Origin: Erysipelotrichaceae bacterium
Lineage (GTDB): Bacteria > Bacillota_I > Bacilli_A > Erysipelotrichales > Erysipelotrichaceae
Assembly (NCBI GenBank): GCA_013334325.1
Contig: JAAXXT010000007.1
Location: 7,983-71,982 of the forward strand
Reading direction: 5' to 3'
DNA length: 64,000 nt
The notes below the pieces were generated by a model. That model did no database searches. It was not told where the DNA came from and worked only from the letters and a program-made list of their open reading frames with translations. Position 1 is the first letter of the stretch. Each line of letters starts with the position of its first letter. Shown here piece by piece: positions 1 through 9,563 of the stretch. A program made the translations under genes and the position numbers.

Positions 1-1072
1 CTTTATTGAGATAAAACTGATAAGGGTTCTTATCTTGATCCGCAAATACGATATCCTTATAAGACTGTCCATATTTAAAAGGAAAAGCGTTGGCTTCTTC
101 AAAAGGAACGACCCCATTGATTTTTATCTTACGATAGACAGTATAGTTTGATTTTGTATTTTGAATCGCAAAGAAACTTAATTGGTAGAGTCCTGCTTGA
201 GCTACACTAATTTCATAGGTAACCGAAGAACCGCTACGAGCCCATGTGGTTCCTCCTAAGGTGTTCATCAGTAAACGATAGCTATCATAAGGAGTCACAT
301 TTAAACTACGATCAGTTGCGGTAACTACAGAAGTACTATTTCTATAACTAGGATGCTCAGCTTCGATTGTTTCTTTAAAACCACTAGAAACTTGAGTATA
401 TAGGGTTTTATATTGAGTATAACTTAGATATTCCGTTACGCCTTTTACAGTGATCTCACCTAAATAAACTGGGCTAACTAAGCCTAGTAAATCAACTTGA
501 TGAACGCCTTGAGTTAAATAGATCTTAAAAGGATATGGTTCACTAAAGTTAGGATCTCTTAGCTCATTCACCATCCATACACTACGTCTTTCTAGATTAA
601 TGTAAGTGTCATTCCCATAACGATCAATCCCAAACGTTTTCTTAGAATCAAAAAAAGTATGAGGAAAGATAATACGTCTCATCTCATAAAAAGGATAAGC
701 ATCATCGATCTTGATTGATAGTTCAGGAGCATTGATACTATGGACATCATTGGCGTAATCAAAGACAAAAGTATAAAAACCTGTCTTTTCTATGACCAAC
801 TCAAATTGGGCGTGTGTATTGGGTTGTAGAAGAATACTTTCATGATCATACAAAGCACTGATCTCATCATTAGCCAATGGTAAATTGAAGGCTGTCGCTG
901 AAATGACTTGGTGATCTTCTTTGGTTGTATTATCTGTTAAATCTTCCCAGTCTTTTAATATCTCAGAATACTTTGGTTCAACCAAAGACTCCGCAAACAC
1001 ATTAAAAGCTTGTGAAAACAAGAGTAGGATAAGGGTTAAAGAGATAAGTAGTCCACGTGTTGAGGTTTTCAT
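1..1072 (-). CDS. secreted protein of unknown function, possible CBM6/35-like sugar-binding module; C-terminus lies beyond the window start
   Basis: Absent from the ORF track because it has no in-window stop. I translated the minus strand from the ATG at 1072, and the frame stays open for 357 codons down to position 2. The N-terminus MKTSTRGLLISLTLILLLFSQAFNVFA|ES looks like a Sec signal peptide. The segment IEAEH..GGTTWARSGSSVTYEISVAQAGLYQLSF resembles CBM6/35-type signatures (weak, by eye). There is no clear SD before the ATG. Confidence 0.55.
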   Translation of the reverse strand, partial: MKTSTRGLLISLTLILLLFSQAFNVFAESLVEPKYSEILKDWEDLTDNTTKEDHQVISATAFNLPLANDEISALYDHESILLQPNTHAQFELVIEKTGFYTFVFDYANDVHSINAPELSIKIDDAYPFYEMRRIIFPHTFFDSKKTFGIDRYGNDTYINLERRSVWMVNELRDPNFSEPYPFKIYLTQGVHQVDLLGLVSPVYLGEITVKGVTEYLSYTQYKTLYTQVSSGFKETIEAEHPSYRNSTSVVTATDRSLNVTPYDSYRLLMNTLGGTTWARSGSSVTYEISVAQAGLYQLSFFAIQNTKSNYTVYRKIKINGVVPFEEANAFPFKYGQSYKDIVFADQDKNPYQFYLNK

Positions 1073-1087
1073 AGTTTTTTAAAGTAA

Positions 1088-1113
1088 GGGAGGCATTGTG
1101 AACAATGCCTCCC
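1088..1113 (-). terminator. stem-loop after the sugar-binding protein gene (terminator or mRNA-stabilising hairpin)
   Basis: GGGAGGCATTG (1088-1098) / tgaa / CAATGCCTCCC (1103-1113) forms a perfect 11-bp GC-rich stem. On the minus strand it is followed by TTACTTTAAAAAA, which is only partly U-rich. Confidence 0.5.
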
Positions 1114-1129
1114 ACACATTATATCTATT

Positions 1130-2461
1130 TTATTCTAAGCCTAAAGCTGCTTTAGCATCATCCAATTTTGTATTGGCGAATGTTTGCAGTTGATTGGAGT
1201 AGTCAGCTAAGGAAACTGTTCCATTAATGACATCGTACAAGACATCGCCGATAGAAGCATCGTCTCTGCCTTCATAAGCGATACCAGGTTTGGCAGTCCA
1301 ACGAGCTTCAACGTAACCCGGGATAGCTTTAGCCAAGGATTCGACCAGGCTGTTATCCAAGTTATTCAAAGCAGCCAAGATACCAGGTTTGCTTCCGATA
1401 AATTCTTTATAGAGATCCAAGGAAGCGGTGTCAATAGCGACAGGCATCTTAGGAGCGCCAGTACCGGCAGCTTTTACTAATTTTACTTCTTCAGCATAAG
1501 CAGCAACTGAGAAGGACATCCATTTAGCAAAACGATAGGATTCTTTCAAATTCGCTGTGTCTTTGGAAACGACCATAACGTCAGCAACCAAAGCTTGTGT
1601 GCCACCAGGGATACCAACGAAGTCAAATTCGAAGGTAGCTGTTTCAGCGAAGTAACCATATGACCAAGAAGCATCCCAACGTAAACCGTATTTACCTTTG
1701 GCCGCGAAATCCCACGGACCGCCGATAGCGGCTTGTTGTTCAGGATTTAAACCTTGCCAAGTATAAGGTTTCAAGGAGATGGCCTTGTTAACCGCATTCT
1801 TGAAGGCTTGTGAATCATAATTCATATGCATTCCATCAAAGCTGAACCACTTCAAATCCGAATTGATGGTATTTCCATACCAACCAGCCACGAATTCTTG
1901 TTCATCAAGACCCATGACTCCGTTTTCGATGTCGGTCAGATCAATAACAGATTGTTCCCAATCGGAGGCAGAAATGCCATATTCAGGAACATCAAGATTA
2001 GCAGCATCATACAAATCTTTGTTAACCCAATAACCCATGATGAATTGAGCTGCAGGAAGCCCATAAACAGCGGTATTATAGGTAAACATCGTTTTTAATG
2101 CATCGGAGACTTTTGCCCAATCTTTGTCACTCTTGACCAAGCTTGCAACATCAGCCAACCAACCGTTCTTAACATAGTTAGGAACATTGTTTGCCATAAA
2201 GACATCTGGTAATTCACCAGCAGCGGCCAAAGCCGTTAGTTTGTCGTCCCAGCCCATTCCAGACATGTCAACGAATTCTACGGTGACATTAGGATTAGCT
2301 GCAACATAAGCAGCGACCAATTGACGTTGGATATTGTTTTCTTCTTCAGTACCCACGTTCCAGTTGGCATAGCGTAGTGTTACTTCTTCTCTTTTTTCGG
2401 CACAAGCGGTTAATCCTGCGAGTAACAACGCTACAGCCATCATCTTTACGAAAAATTTCAT
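1130..2461 (-). CDS. ABC transporter extracellular solute-binding lipoprotein (carbohydrate family 1 type)
   Basis: 443 aa. Signal peptide with lipobox LLLAGLTAC. Size and Trp/Tyr-rich composition are typical of sugar-binding proteins. SD AAGGAGGAAATGAACTA-ATG. No permease or ATPase genes lie inside the window. Confidence 0.8.
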   Translation of the reverse strand: MKFFVKMMAVALLLAGLTACAEKREEVTLRYANWNVGTEEENNIQRQLVAAYVAANPNVTVEFVDMSGMGWDDKLTALAAAGELPDVFMANNVPNYVKNGWLADVASLVKSDKDWAKVSDALKTMFTYNTAVYGLPAAQFIMGYWVNKDLYDAANLDVPEYGISASDWEQSVIDLTDIENGVMGLDEQEFVAGWYGNTINSDLKWFSFDGMHMNYDSQAFKNAVNKAISLKPYTWQGLNPEQQAAIGGPWDFAAKGKYGLRWDASWSYGYFAETATFEFDFVGIPGGTQALVADVMVVSKDTANLKESYRFAKWMSFSVAAYAEEVKLVKAAGTGAPKMPVAIDTASLDLYKEFIGSKPGILAALNNLDNSLVESLAKAIPGYVEARWTAKPGIAYEGRDDASIGDVLYDVINGTVSLADYSNQLQTFANTKLDDAKAALGLE

Positions 2462-2520
2462 TAGTTCATTTCCTCCTTGAAATTTCGTTCTATGCTTAAC
2501 AGATTTTCATCTGTAATAGC

Positions 2521-4896
2521 CTATAAAGTAACCACGATCGTATGCGTCTTATGATCTGCGAAGATCGGTAAGAGCGTTCCTTCAAATGCTAACCCATCGA
2601 CTTTGATTGAACTTACCCCACTATTTTTGTGTTTTGGGTTATTCACTGTGATGTCGTAGGTCGCATTTCGATAAACACGTTTGATTTTATACGAGTCCCA
2701 TTTCTTTGGGATAGAAGGCTCTATACGCAAGCCATTGAATTCAGGCCTTACGCCTAAGATCCATTGGGTGCCTACACGATGGAGCCATTGAGAACTACCG
2801 GTATACCAGCTCCAACCGCCTCTTCCATAGTATTCAGAGAGAGGTCCATCGATGTTGCCAGGTGTCACATAAGGTTCAGCCTTATAGACATCGATGTCTT
2901 TACTTCGATTAGGTGGACAGATCTTACGATAAGCCTCATAAGCTTTCTCGCTTTGACCCAGTAAACTGTAGGCCCATACTGACCAGGTGGCAGCGTGTGT
3001 ATAAACGCCACCATTTTCTCTCAGTCCCGGTGCGTATCTCGTCACATATCCAATATCAGTTCTTGGAGAAGTGAAGGCAGGATAATTAAGCAGAGTCCCA
3101 TAGTCTTTTAATAAGTACTCTGAGACATTCTTCATGGCTTCTTTTAAGCGTTTTTCTTCAGCGATCCCTGAGATGACTGCCCAATTGTTGGGCATCAAGA
3201 AGATCTTACCTTCATCGTTTGATTTTGAGCCTAATAAGAGCCCATCATCAGTAGTTGCCTGTAAGAACCAATTCCCATCCCATCCATATTGATTCATCGC
3301 ACCTTTTAAGTTCTTACGAACATCTTGACATTTTTCAAAAAACATAGTGTCTTTTCGTTCAATAGAGAGTGGGATAAAGTTTTCTAAGATCAGATATAAG
3401 AATTCTGCGACCCAGAAGCTTTCGCCTTTCATGTCTGTCCCAACGGCACTGAGTCCATCGTTCCAATCATGATCACCCATCAGTGGAATTCCGCGAGGTG
3501 AGAATCGAGTAAAGACTTTCTCAATGGCACGTTTACAATGACTATAAAGCGATTCTGCTGGTCCATTGATATAGGGAACCTTCTCATCTAAGATCGAGAA
3601 GTCTCCTGTTTCTTTTAAATAGGCATCTAGGATAAACGGTAACCATAATAGATCATCTGAACAGTTTCCACGAGGTCCCCATCCTTTGATCGTAAACCAC
3701 CAGTGTTCAACATCCCCTTCGATGAATTGCTTTTCCGCATGCATCAAGAGTTGTTTCTTTGTATATTCTGGTTCACTGACCAAGAAGATCTGCGAATCTT
3801 GAAGTTGATCACGATATCCATAACCTGCGGAGACTTGATAGAAAGCCGATTTTCCCCATAAACGACAGGAGATCGATTGATACTTCAACCAAATATTAGT
3901 CATTAGATTAAGCGCATCATCTGGTGTCTCTACCACTTCTGTATCAACGAAACGGCTCCAGAATTCTCCGACTTCATTTAAAGCCGAAACAGTTGCTTTT
4001 TCATTGGTATAACGTTTAATATACTCCAAGTGATTTTCTTTATCGTCTTCTGCGATACCACAACTAAACACGATCGTTTTAGAGGCATTGGGTTCTAGTT
4101 TGACTTCAACTTGTAGGGCTGCGATCGCATCTCCAAATCGACCAGAACGTTGGGCTAATTTAGGAAGTTCCATCGCAACAGGTTCATTATCGTTACGATA
4201 CATCCCTAAGAAGCTTTCCTTATCGCAATCATAGGATTTTAAAGGTTCACTGCTGGCAAACCATGCGGTATAAGGCCAAGAAGTATTGTTGTGTCTACCC
4301 TTTTCATCCCCAAAGCCCCATAGACATTTACGTGCGGTAACTGCTTGATGTTTAAGATCTACTGCAGTTTCTATGAAGAGCTTATGGAATTCTCGATGTT
4401 CATCAGGCGCAAAGCCTAAGGACCATTCACTATAAGAACTTAAATCTAGATTTTTAACGGTATTGGTCACATTGGTCAATTTGATCGAGAATATCTGAAC
4501 AGGATCTTTAACACTGACAAATACGGTCATTTCAGAAAGAATCCCATTGATTTCTCGAGTAAATCGAGAATACCCTAACCCATGCGCAACTTCATAGACT
4601 TTAGATTTACTCATGACTGGTTTTAAAGATGTTGACCAGAACTTATGTGTATCTAGATCTCGAATATAGAAGTATTGGCCCCAATTGTCTTTGATGAGGT
4701 CTTGGAAAGAACGTGTGATACGGTTTTGACCCGCATTGCCTCTCCAACAATACCCACTGCCATTCTGTGAGATCATCATCCCGAAATCTCCATTGGAGAT
4801 CACATTTCCCCATGGACGAGGTGTATTGGGATTGGTGATGATGTATTCTCGACCATCAGCACTGAAATGGCCATAAGGATTCATAAATTTTTTCAT
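2521..4896 (-). CDS. GH94 family glycoside phosphorylase (cellobiose/chitobiose/laminaribiose phosphorylase-like)
   Basis: 791 aa. The N-terminus GHFSADGREYIITNPNTPRPWGNVISN and the C-terminal GGVYTHAATW...SGSSQW are pattern-typical of GH94 phosphorylases. ATGA overlap with the upstream GH35 gene. Substrate cannot be assigned by eye. Confidence 0.8.
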   Translation of the reverse strand: MKKFMNPYGHFSADGREYIITNPNTPRPWGNVISNGDFGMMISQNGSGYCWRGNAGQNRITRSFQDLIKDNWGQYFYIRDLDTHKFWSTSLKPVMSKSKVYEVAHGLGYSRFTREINGILSEMTVFVSVKDPVQIFSIKLTNVTNTVKNLDLSSYSEWSLGFAPDEHREFHKLFIETAVDLKHQAVTARKCLWGFGDEKGRHNNTSWPYTAWFASSEPLKSYDCDKESFLGMYRNDNEPVAMELPKLAQRSGRFGDAIAALQVEVKLEPNASKTIVFSCGIAEDDKENHLEYIKRYTNEKATVSALNEVGEFWSRFVDTEVVETPDDALNLMTNIWLKYQSISCRLWGKSAFYQVSAGYGYRDQLQDSQIFLVSEPEYTKKQLLMHAEKQFIEGDVEHWWFTIKGWGPRGNCSDDLLWLPFILDAYLKETGDFSILDEKVPYINGPAESLYSHCKRAIEKVFTRFSPRGIPLMGDHDWNDGLSAVGTDMKGESFWVAEFLYLILENFIPLSIERKDTMFFEKCQDVRKNLKGAMNQYGWDGNWFLQATTDDGLLLGSKSNDEGKIFLMPNNWAVISGIAEEKRLKEAMKNVSEYLLKDYGTLLNYPAFTSPRTDIGYVTRYAPGLRENGGVYTHAATWSVWAYSLLGQSEKAYEAYRKICPPNRSKDIDVYKAEPYVTPGNIDGPLSEYYGRGGWSWYTGSSQWLHRVGTQWILGVRPEFNGLRIEPSIPKKWDSYKIKRVYRNATYDITVNNPKHKNSGVSSIKVDGLAFEGTLLPIFADHKTHTIVVTL

Positions 4897-7223
4897 ACAA
4901 ATTCTCCTATCGTGATCTGTTGTTCGTCTTGATTGACCAAATGAACCACTAAGGAATCACCGTCTTTGATCAAGGTATGTGGATGAGATACATGAAGCTT
5001 TTGAACACCACTGAATTTGATCCAAGCTTCCTTGGCTGTGATGTTAAAGATTAAAGTAGATGTGTTGTTCTCAATCAATTCTGCTGTACTGTATTCTAAT
5101 ACCACTTCATGATCTAGAATCAATCCTAAGGGTAAGATCACACCTTGTCTTGATTGTAGAATCAAAGGATGACCATCAAACATAAGTTTACCTAAGCGTT
5201 TGATCGTTAAGGTCTTACGATATTCATCAATATTCAAGGCACTGAAATAAGTGGTTTGAGATGATCTTCTTTCACTAAGATACACACGATCATTTACGCT
5301 GTATTTAGAGTTAAGTTTGACTTTGCTGAATAATGAAGCCCAAACGTCTTCTTTAAACAAGCGTTCATTATGCATCAGGATCCCAATCATATAGACTTGG
5401 CCCTTCCCAATAGACTTCAAGAAACATGCAGTTTCTTTGGTTTTAATACTTTCAAAGAAACCTTTAGTGTGTTCATAAATATGAAGTTCAGACACATTGA
5501 TGGAGTCCCATTCATCATAATTACAGAAGGTCCAATATTCTACATTCTTCAACTTAAGACCCAATGCTTGACTTAAGATATTACATTTCTCTCCATAATA
5601 ATCCATTGTCGGGACTTCATTTAGTAAAACTAAAGTTCCCCCTTGAATAACATAATCCGAAAGTTTTTGTTGAACAGAGGCATTCATCCAAGGCATCCCT
5701 ATGACGATCATGGTTTTGATATGAGATGGAATAGAAGATGCTTTTGTTAGATCTAAGGCATCATAGCTTATGTTATTGAGAGATAAGCTTCTACCTAATC
5801 CAAAGAGTCCTACATCTCTAAGTGTTGTCAAACGATCTTTCATCGCCTGAGTCGCACTTACCCAATATTCAGTCATATAGTTATCAGGATCAAATCCTAT
5901 GGTTACATCAGTTGCTTGTTTACTCTCTAGGAAATTTTCACCTAATGCTTTGATACTTTTGCCTAATGCCTTTATCGCATGATAGCTTGGACGTAAGTTG
6001 CCTTTAAAATCGATAGGTGCTTGCCAATCATGATTCTTACCAAACAAACCAGAATCATGCCAATTATAACCACCTACAAACATATAATAGTTGATCCCAT
6101 TCATCCCATCAGCGATACATAGTCTTGAATTAAGATCGATCGATGTTGGTTGTAAGATCGGATGTTCCGTTTGGAAACCGCCTTGAAATTCAGCGGAGAA
6201 TAACGGTTGATCCGGATTTTGTAGGGAGGCGGTCAGGGCGTCAGCCATGATGATGTCAGTGAAGTTATCCATGACAAGATTACCAATATAGTAATCACCT
6301 GCCATAATAGCCCCATCGATCTCCATAGTATCTCTAAGTTGAGATAAGCCTATTGGATAACGTAGACCGCGTTTAGCATAATCCACTTGATCAAATCCGT
6401 GGACGTTTACTACGAGTGGTACATTCATTCCATACTTAGAAGCGATGTCTTTTAAAGTCGATAAATATCGCGTAAAGAATTGTCGATTAAATAAACCATA
6501 TTCATGATGAAGCGGTAAGGCGTATTCCCCATTCAGCTTCTTGATCAAAGGAAGCAAGTCTTCCCAAGTAGTGAGTGATGTATGAAGAACCTTATTGGCT
6601 TCTTGAAGTGAACTATATTTATCTTTAATATATCTTAGAAAATAAGATAAGGTTAATTCTGAATAATCACCTTGATTAACGATCCATTGAAACATCCCAA
6701 CTTCATTGTCAAGCTGCATCATCACAATAGGTCCACCCTTATCGATTTGATAAGGTGCTAGTATTTCAAAGACCGCTTTATACCAACGATTGACTTTTTC
6801 AAGATAGGTAGGATGCATATAACTAAAGATACGTGTATGATGAGGCTTTCCTTCTTGAGTCATCGCTAATGCTTCAGGATAATTATTGATCAACCATAAT
6901 GGGATTCCATCAGTGGTGAGTTCACTCATCACATAAGGTCCTGGACGAACCAAACAAAGCATGCCTGAGTCTTTAACCAATTGAATAAAGGTCTTTAAAT
7001 CATTTTCTGGCCAGTATTTTCCAGTTAAATCAATGTCATCTTCAATTTTTTCATGAATCTGCCAAGGAATATAGGTAGAAACCATATTTAGACCGGCTTC
7101 TTTCATCTTATCGAGTCGATCTTTCCATTCATTTTTAGGTACGCGGAAATAATGAAGCTCTCCACCATATAAAAAAGTAGGTTTTTGATGGATTATGAAC
7201 TTTTTATCCGCGATTTTAATCAT
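4893..7223 (-). CDS. GH35 family beta-galactosidase
   Basis: 776 aa. GGELHYFRVPKNEWKDRLDKMKEAGLNMVSTYIPWQIHE, VRPGPYVMSE and GGPIVMMQLDNEVG (acid/base NE) match the GH35 N-terminal TIM-barrel signature. SD GGAG lies 6 nt before the ATG at 7223. Confidence 0.8.
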   Translation of the reverse strand: MIKIADKKFIIHQKPTFLYGGELHYFRVPKNEWKDRLDKMKEAGLNMVSTYIPWQIHEKIEDDIDLTGKYWPENDLKTFIQLVKDSGMLCLVRPGPYVMSELTTDGIPLWLINNYPEALAMTQEGKPHHTRIFSYMHPTYLEKVNRWYKAVFEILAPYQIDKGGPIVMMQLDNEVGMFQWIVNQGDYSELTLSYFLRYIKDKYSSLQEANKVLHTSLTTWEDLLPLIKKLNGEYALPLHHEYGLFNRQFFTRYLSTLKDIASKYGMNVPLVVNVHGFDQVDYAKRGLRYPIGLSQLRDTMEIDGAIMAGDYYIGNLVMDNFTDIIMADALTASLQNPDQPLFSAEFQGGFQTEHPILQPTSIDLNSRLCIADGMNGINYYMFVGGYNWHDSGLFGKNHDWQAPIDFKGNLRPSYHAIKALGKSIKALGENFLESKQATDVTIGFDPDNYMTEYWVSATQAMKDRLTTLRDVGLFGLGRSLSLNNISYDALDLTKASSIPSHIKTMIVIGMPWMNASVQQKLSDYVIQGGTLVLLNEVPTMDYYGEKCNILSQALGLKLKNVEYWTFCNYDEWDSINVSELHIYEHTKGFFESIKTKETACFLKSIGKGQVYMIGILMHNERLFKEDVWASLFSKVKLNSKYSVNDRVYLSERRSSQTTYFSALNIDEYRKTLTIKRLGKLMFDGHPLILQSRQGVILPLGLILDHEVVLEYSTAELIENNTSTLIFNITAKEAWIKFSGVQKLHVSHPHTLIKDGDSLVVHLVNQDEQQITIGEFV

Positions 7224-7348
7224 TTGTTCTCCGTATGTATCGTTTCATACTTTGCATGATAATTCGTTTCATCTGCCTACTTACATTTTTAGAATACACC
7301 ATGTTTTTAGTTATGTAAAGGGTTTCATCTGCTTTTTTATGTTTGTTA

Positions 7349-7377
7349 TTGACATTTTACCTGAAAAGAACCACAAT
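7349..7377 (+). promoter_or_regulatory. candidate sigma-A promoter of the GH3 gene
   Basis: TTGACA (7349-7354), 17 nt, CACAAT (7372-7377). The -10 element is weak. Confidence 0.4.
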
Positions 7378-7387
7378 ATTGTTAGAT

Positions 7388-7401
7388 ATGAATCGTTTCA
7401 T
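7388..7401. promoter_or_regulatory. 14-bp near-palindrome, candidate operator just downstream of the GH3 promoter
   Basis: ATGAATCGTTTCAT pairs at 6 of 7 positions around a central CG. It sits between the predicted -10 and the SD of the GH3 gene. Related GTTTCAT copies lie at 7242, 7266 and 7322. Confidence 0.35.
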
Positions 7402-7416
7402 ACAATTGGAGCCATA

Positions 7417-9501
7417 ATGACCACATCTAGACAAAAAGCACAGAAATTACTACAAAAGATGACCCTTGATGAAAAAATAGGTCAAATGGTCCAATTTGGA
7501 CGAATCAAAGACAAAGAAAGAGATTTTATCGCTCAAGGTAAGATCGGATCTTTCTTAAATAGTCGTAATGTAGGCTTGGTAAACGAAGTTCAACACATCG
7601 CAATGGAGAAATCTCGCTTAAAGATCCCCCTTTTAATAGGAAGCGATATAATCCACGGTTATGTTTCTACTTTTCCTATCCCTTTGGCAGAAGCTTGCTC
7701 ATGGAATCTTAAGTTGATCGAAGAATCCGCAAAACACGCCATGACTGAAGCAGCTTCTGAAGGCGTTCGATGGAATTTTGCCCCTATGGTAGATATCGCA
7801 AGAGATCCTCGTTGGGGAAGGATCGCCGAAGGTGCTGGTGAAGATCCATATTATGGTGGTCTCGTCGCTAGAGCTCGAGTAAGAGGTTTTCAATCTATTG
7901 GTAAAGATGGTTATCCTATCTCAGCCGCCTGTACGAAACATTATGTGGCCTATGGGGCCGCAATAGGTGGAAGAGACTACAATTCCATAGATGTCTCAGA
8001 ACACGAATTAAGAACGACTTATCTTCCTCCTTTTAAAGCTACTGTTGAAGAAGGAGTCATGACCTTTATGAGTTCCTTCAATGATGTTTTATCAGTACCC
8101 GCTTCAGGTAATCCTTTTACGATCAGAAAGATCTTAAAAGAAGAATATAAGTTCAAGGGTTTTGTGGTGAGTGATTGGGAATCCATAGAAGAATTAATCG
8201 CCCATAATGTCGCAGATAGTCGAAAATCAGCTGCCTTAACAGGATTAAATGGTGGTGTAGATATGGATATGCATTCAGGGGTCTATCACGATCATCTCAA
8301 AGAGTTGGTTAAGAAGCAGCCTCATTTAGAGAGCCTGATCGATGATGCTGCTCTTAGAATCTTGACTGTAAAATACGAATTGGGTCTTTTTGAGAATCCT
8401 TATACAGATCCAAAACTTAAAGATAAGGTCATCCTCAATAAGAAAACAGTAGAGATGACTCTAAAGATGGCGAGAGAATCCATCGTCTTATTAAAGAATA
8501 ATAATGTCCTTCCACTAGATAAAAAAAGTAAATTGGCTTTAATAGGACCTTTCGCAGATGATCCTCATACTCCTATTGGTTGTTGGGGAGCTGCGTGTAA
8601 CCACGAAAATACGATCACAGTTAAGAAAGCTTTCGAAAATGCGAATTTGGACTTTGAATATCAAGCTGGATGTCATGCCGTAGATCCCAAAAAGAAATGG
8701 ATCCAAGAAGCTGTATCGATGGCCAAAGATAAAGATCAAATCATCTTAACGCTTGGTGAAAACAATGACTTAAGCGGCGAAAACAACAGCCGTGCTTTCC
8801 TAGATCTACCAGGAGCACAATTAGAACTCTTAAGAGCGTTAAAAGTGCTTAATAAACCTATCATTACACTTTTGTTTAGTGGTCGTCCTATGACCATCGT
8901 AGAGACCGTTGATTCATCAGATGCCTTATTGGCGGTCTGGCACTTAGGATTAAGTAGTGGAACCGCCATCACAGAGACACTGTTAGGGCTCAATAATCCT
9001 AGTGGTAAACTGGTTACGACTTTCCCAAAAACTTTAGGTCAGGTTCCTCTTTACTATAATCACAAGAATACTGGTCGTCCTAGTTTTAGAAGATATGTAG
9101 ACTTTGATGTATCCCCATTATTCCCTTTCGGGTATGGGTTAAGTTATAGTAAGTTCGTCTATTCAAATCTAGAGATCAAACACTCAGTTATTGGAAAAAA
9201 AGAACCCTTAGAACTTAGTGTTGAAGTCTTGAATGATTCGGATGTCGAGGGGAAAGAAGTTGTTCAAGTGTATTATAAAGACCTCTGTGCTCAAGTCACT
9301 CGTCCTGTCAAAGAATTGTGTGCTTTTGAGAAAGTAAGTCTAAAAGCTCATGAGAAGAAAAAAATATCCTTCACGATAGAACAAACTCAGTTTGGTTATT
9401 ATACAGCAGCGATGAAATTCATCGTTGAAGAAGGTGGCTTCGCGCTTTGGGTTGGGCCCAATAGTCAAGAAGGTATCGCCTCTGAATTCAACATTCAATA
9501 A
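7417..9501 (+). CDS. GH3 family beta-glucosidase (BglX-like)
   Basis: 694 aa from the ATG at 7417 (SD GGAG 6 nt upstream). MTLDEKIGQM, GIDLIHG-like SDIIHGY, KHYVAYG and GFVVSDW (nucleophile SDW) are classic GH3 motifs. The track start at 7195 overlaps the divergent GH35 start and was rejected. Confidence 0.9.
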   Translation: MTTSRQKAQKLLQKMTLDEKIGQMVQFGRIKDKERDFIAQGKIGSFLNSRNVGLVNEVQHIAMEKSRLKIPLLIGSDIIHGYVSTFPIPLAEACSWNLKLIEESAKHAMTEAASEGVRWNFAPMVDIARDPRWGRIAEGAGEDPYYGGLVARARVRGFQSIGKDGYPISAACTKHYVAYGAAIGGRDYNSIDVSEHELRTTYLPPFKATVEEGVMTFMSSFNDVLSVPASGNPFTIRKILKEEYKFKGFVVSDWESIEELIAHNVADSRKSAALTGLNGGVDMDMHSGVYHDHLKELVKKQPHLESLIDDAALRILTVKYELGLFENPYTDPKLKDKVILNKKTVEMTLKMARESIVLLKNNNVLPLDKKSKLALIGPFADDPHTPIGCWGAACNHENTITVKKAFENANLDFEYQAGCHAVDPKKKWIQEAVSMAKDKDQIILTLGENNDLSGENNSRAFLDLPGAQLELLRALKVLNKPIITLLFSGRPMTIVETVDSSDALLAVWHLGLSSGTAITETLLGLNNPSGKLVTTFPKTLGQVPLYYNHKNTGRPSFRRYVDFDVSPLFPFGYGLSYSKFVYSNLEIKHSVIGKKEPLELSVEVLNDSDVEGKEVVQVYYKDLCAQVTRPVKELCAFEKVSLKAHEKKKISFTIEQTQFGYYTAAMKFIVEEGGFALWVGPNSQEGIASEFNIQ

Positions 9502-9522
9502 GACGCATTAAGCGTCTTTTCT
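9501..9522 (+). terminator. rho-independent terminator after the GH3 gene
   Basis: AGACGC / attaa / GCGTCT followed by TTTTCTT. The stem is short (6 bp) and overlaps the stop codon. Confidence 0.5.
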
Positions 9523-9531
9523 TATGGGCTA

Positions 9532-9540
9532 TGTTAAAAT
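9532..9540 (+). promoter_or_regulatory. extended -10 promoter element (TGTTAAAAT)
   Basis: TG-T-TAAAAT lies 24 nt upstream of the ATG at 9564. The same 9-mer recurs at 21239 and 61773, each time upstream of a plus-strand gene. Confidence 0.45.
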
Positions 9541-9563
9541 AAGAACGAAATTAGGAGAACACT

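Noticed and set aside
7388-7401. Reading ATGAATCGTTTCAT as a CcpA cre site
   Set aside because: The cre consensus TGWAANCGNTNWCA has four bases between TG and the central CG. Here there are only three on each side, so the element is 2 bp too short. It is kept only as a generic palindromic operator candidate.
7195-7416. N-terminal 74-codon extension of the GH3 ORF given in the track
   Set aside because: It overlaps the divergent GH35 start and covers the promoter/operator region. Its sequence is hydrophobic and low-complexity. The ATG at 7417 has a GGAG SD and yields the normal GH3 N-terminus.
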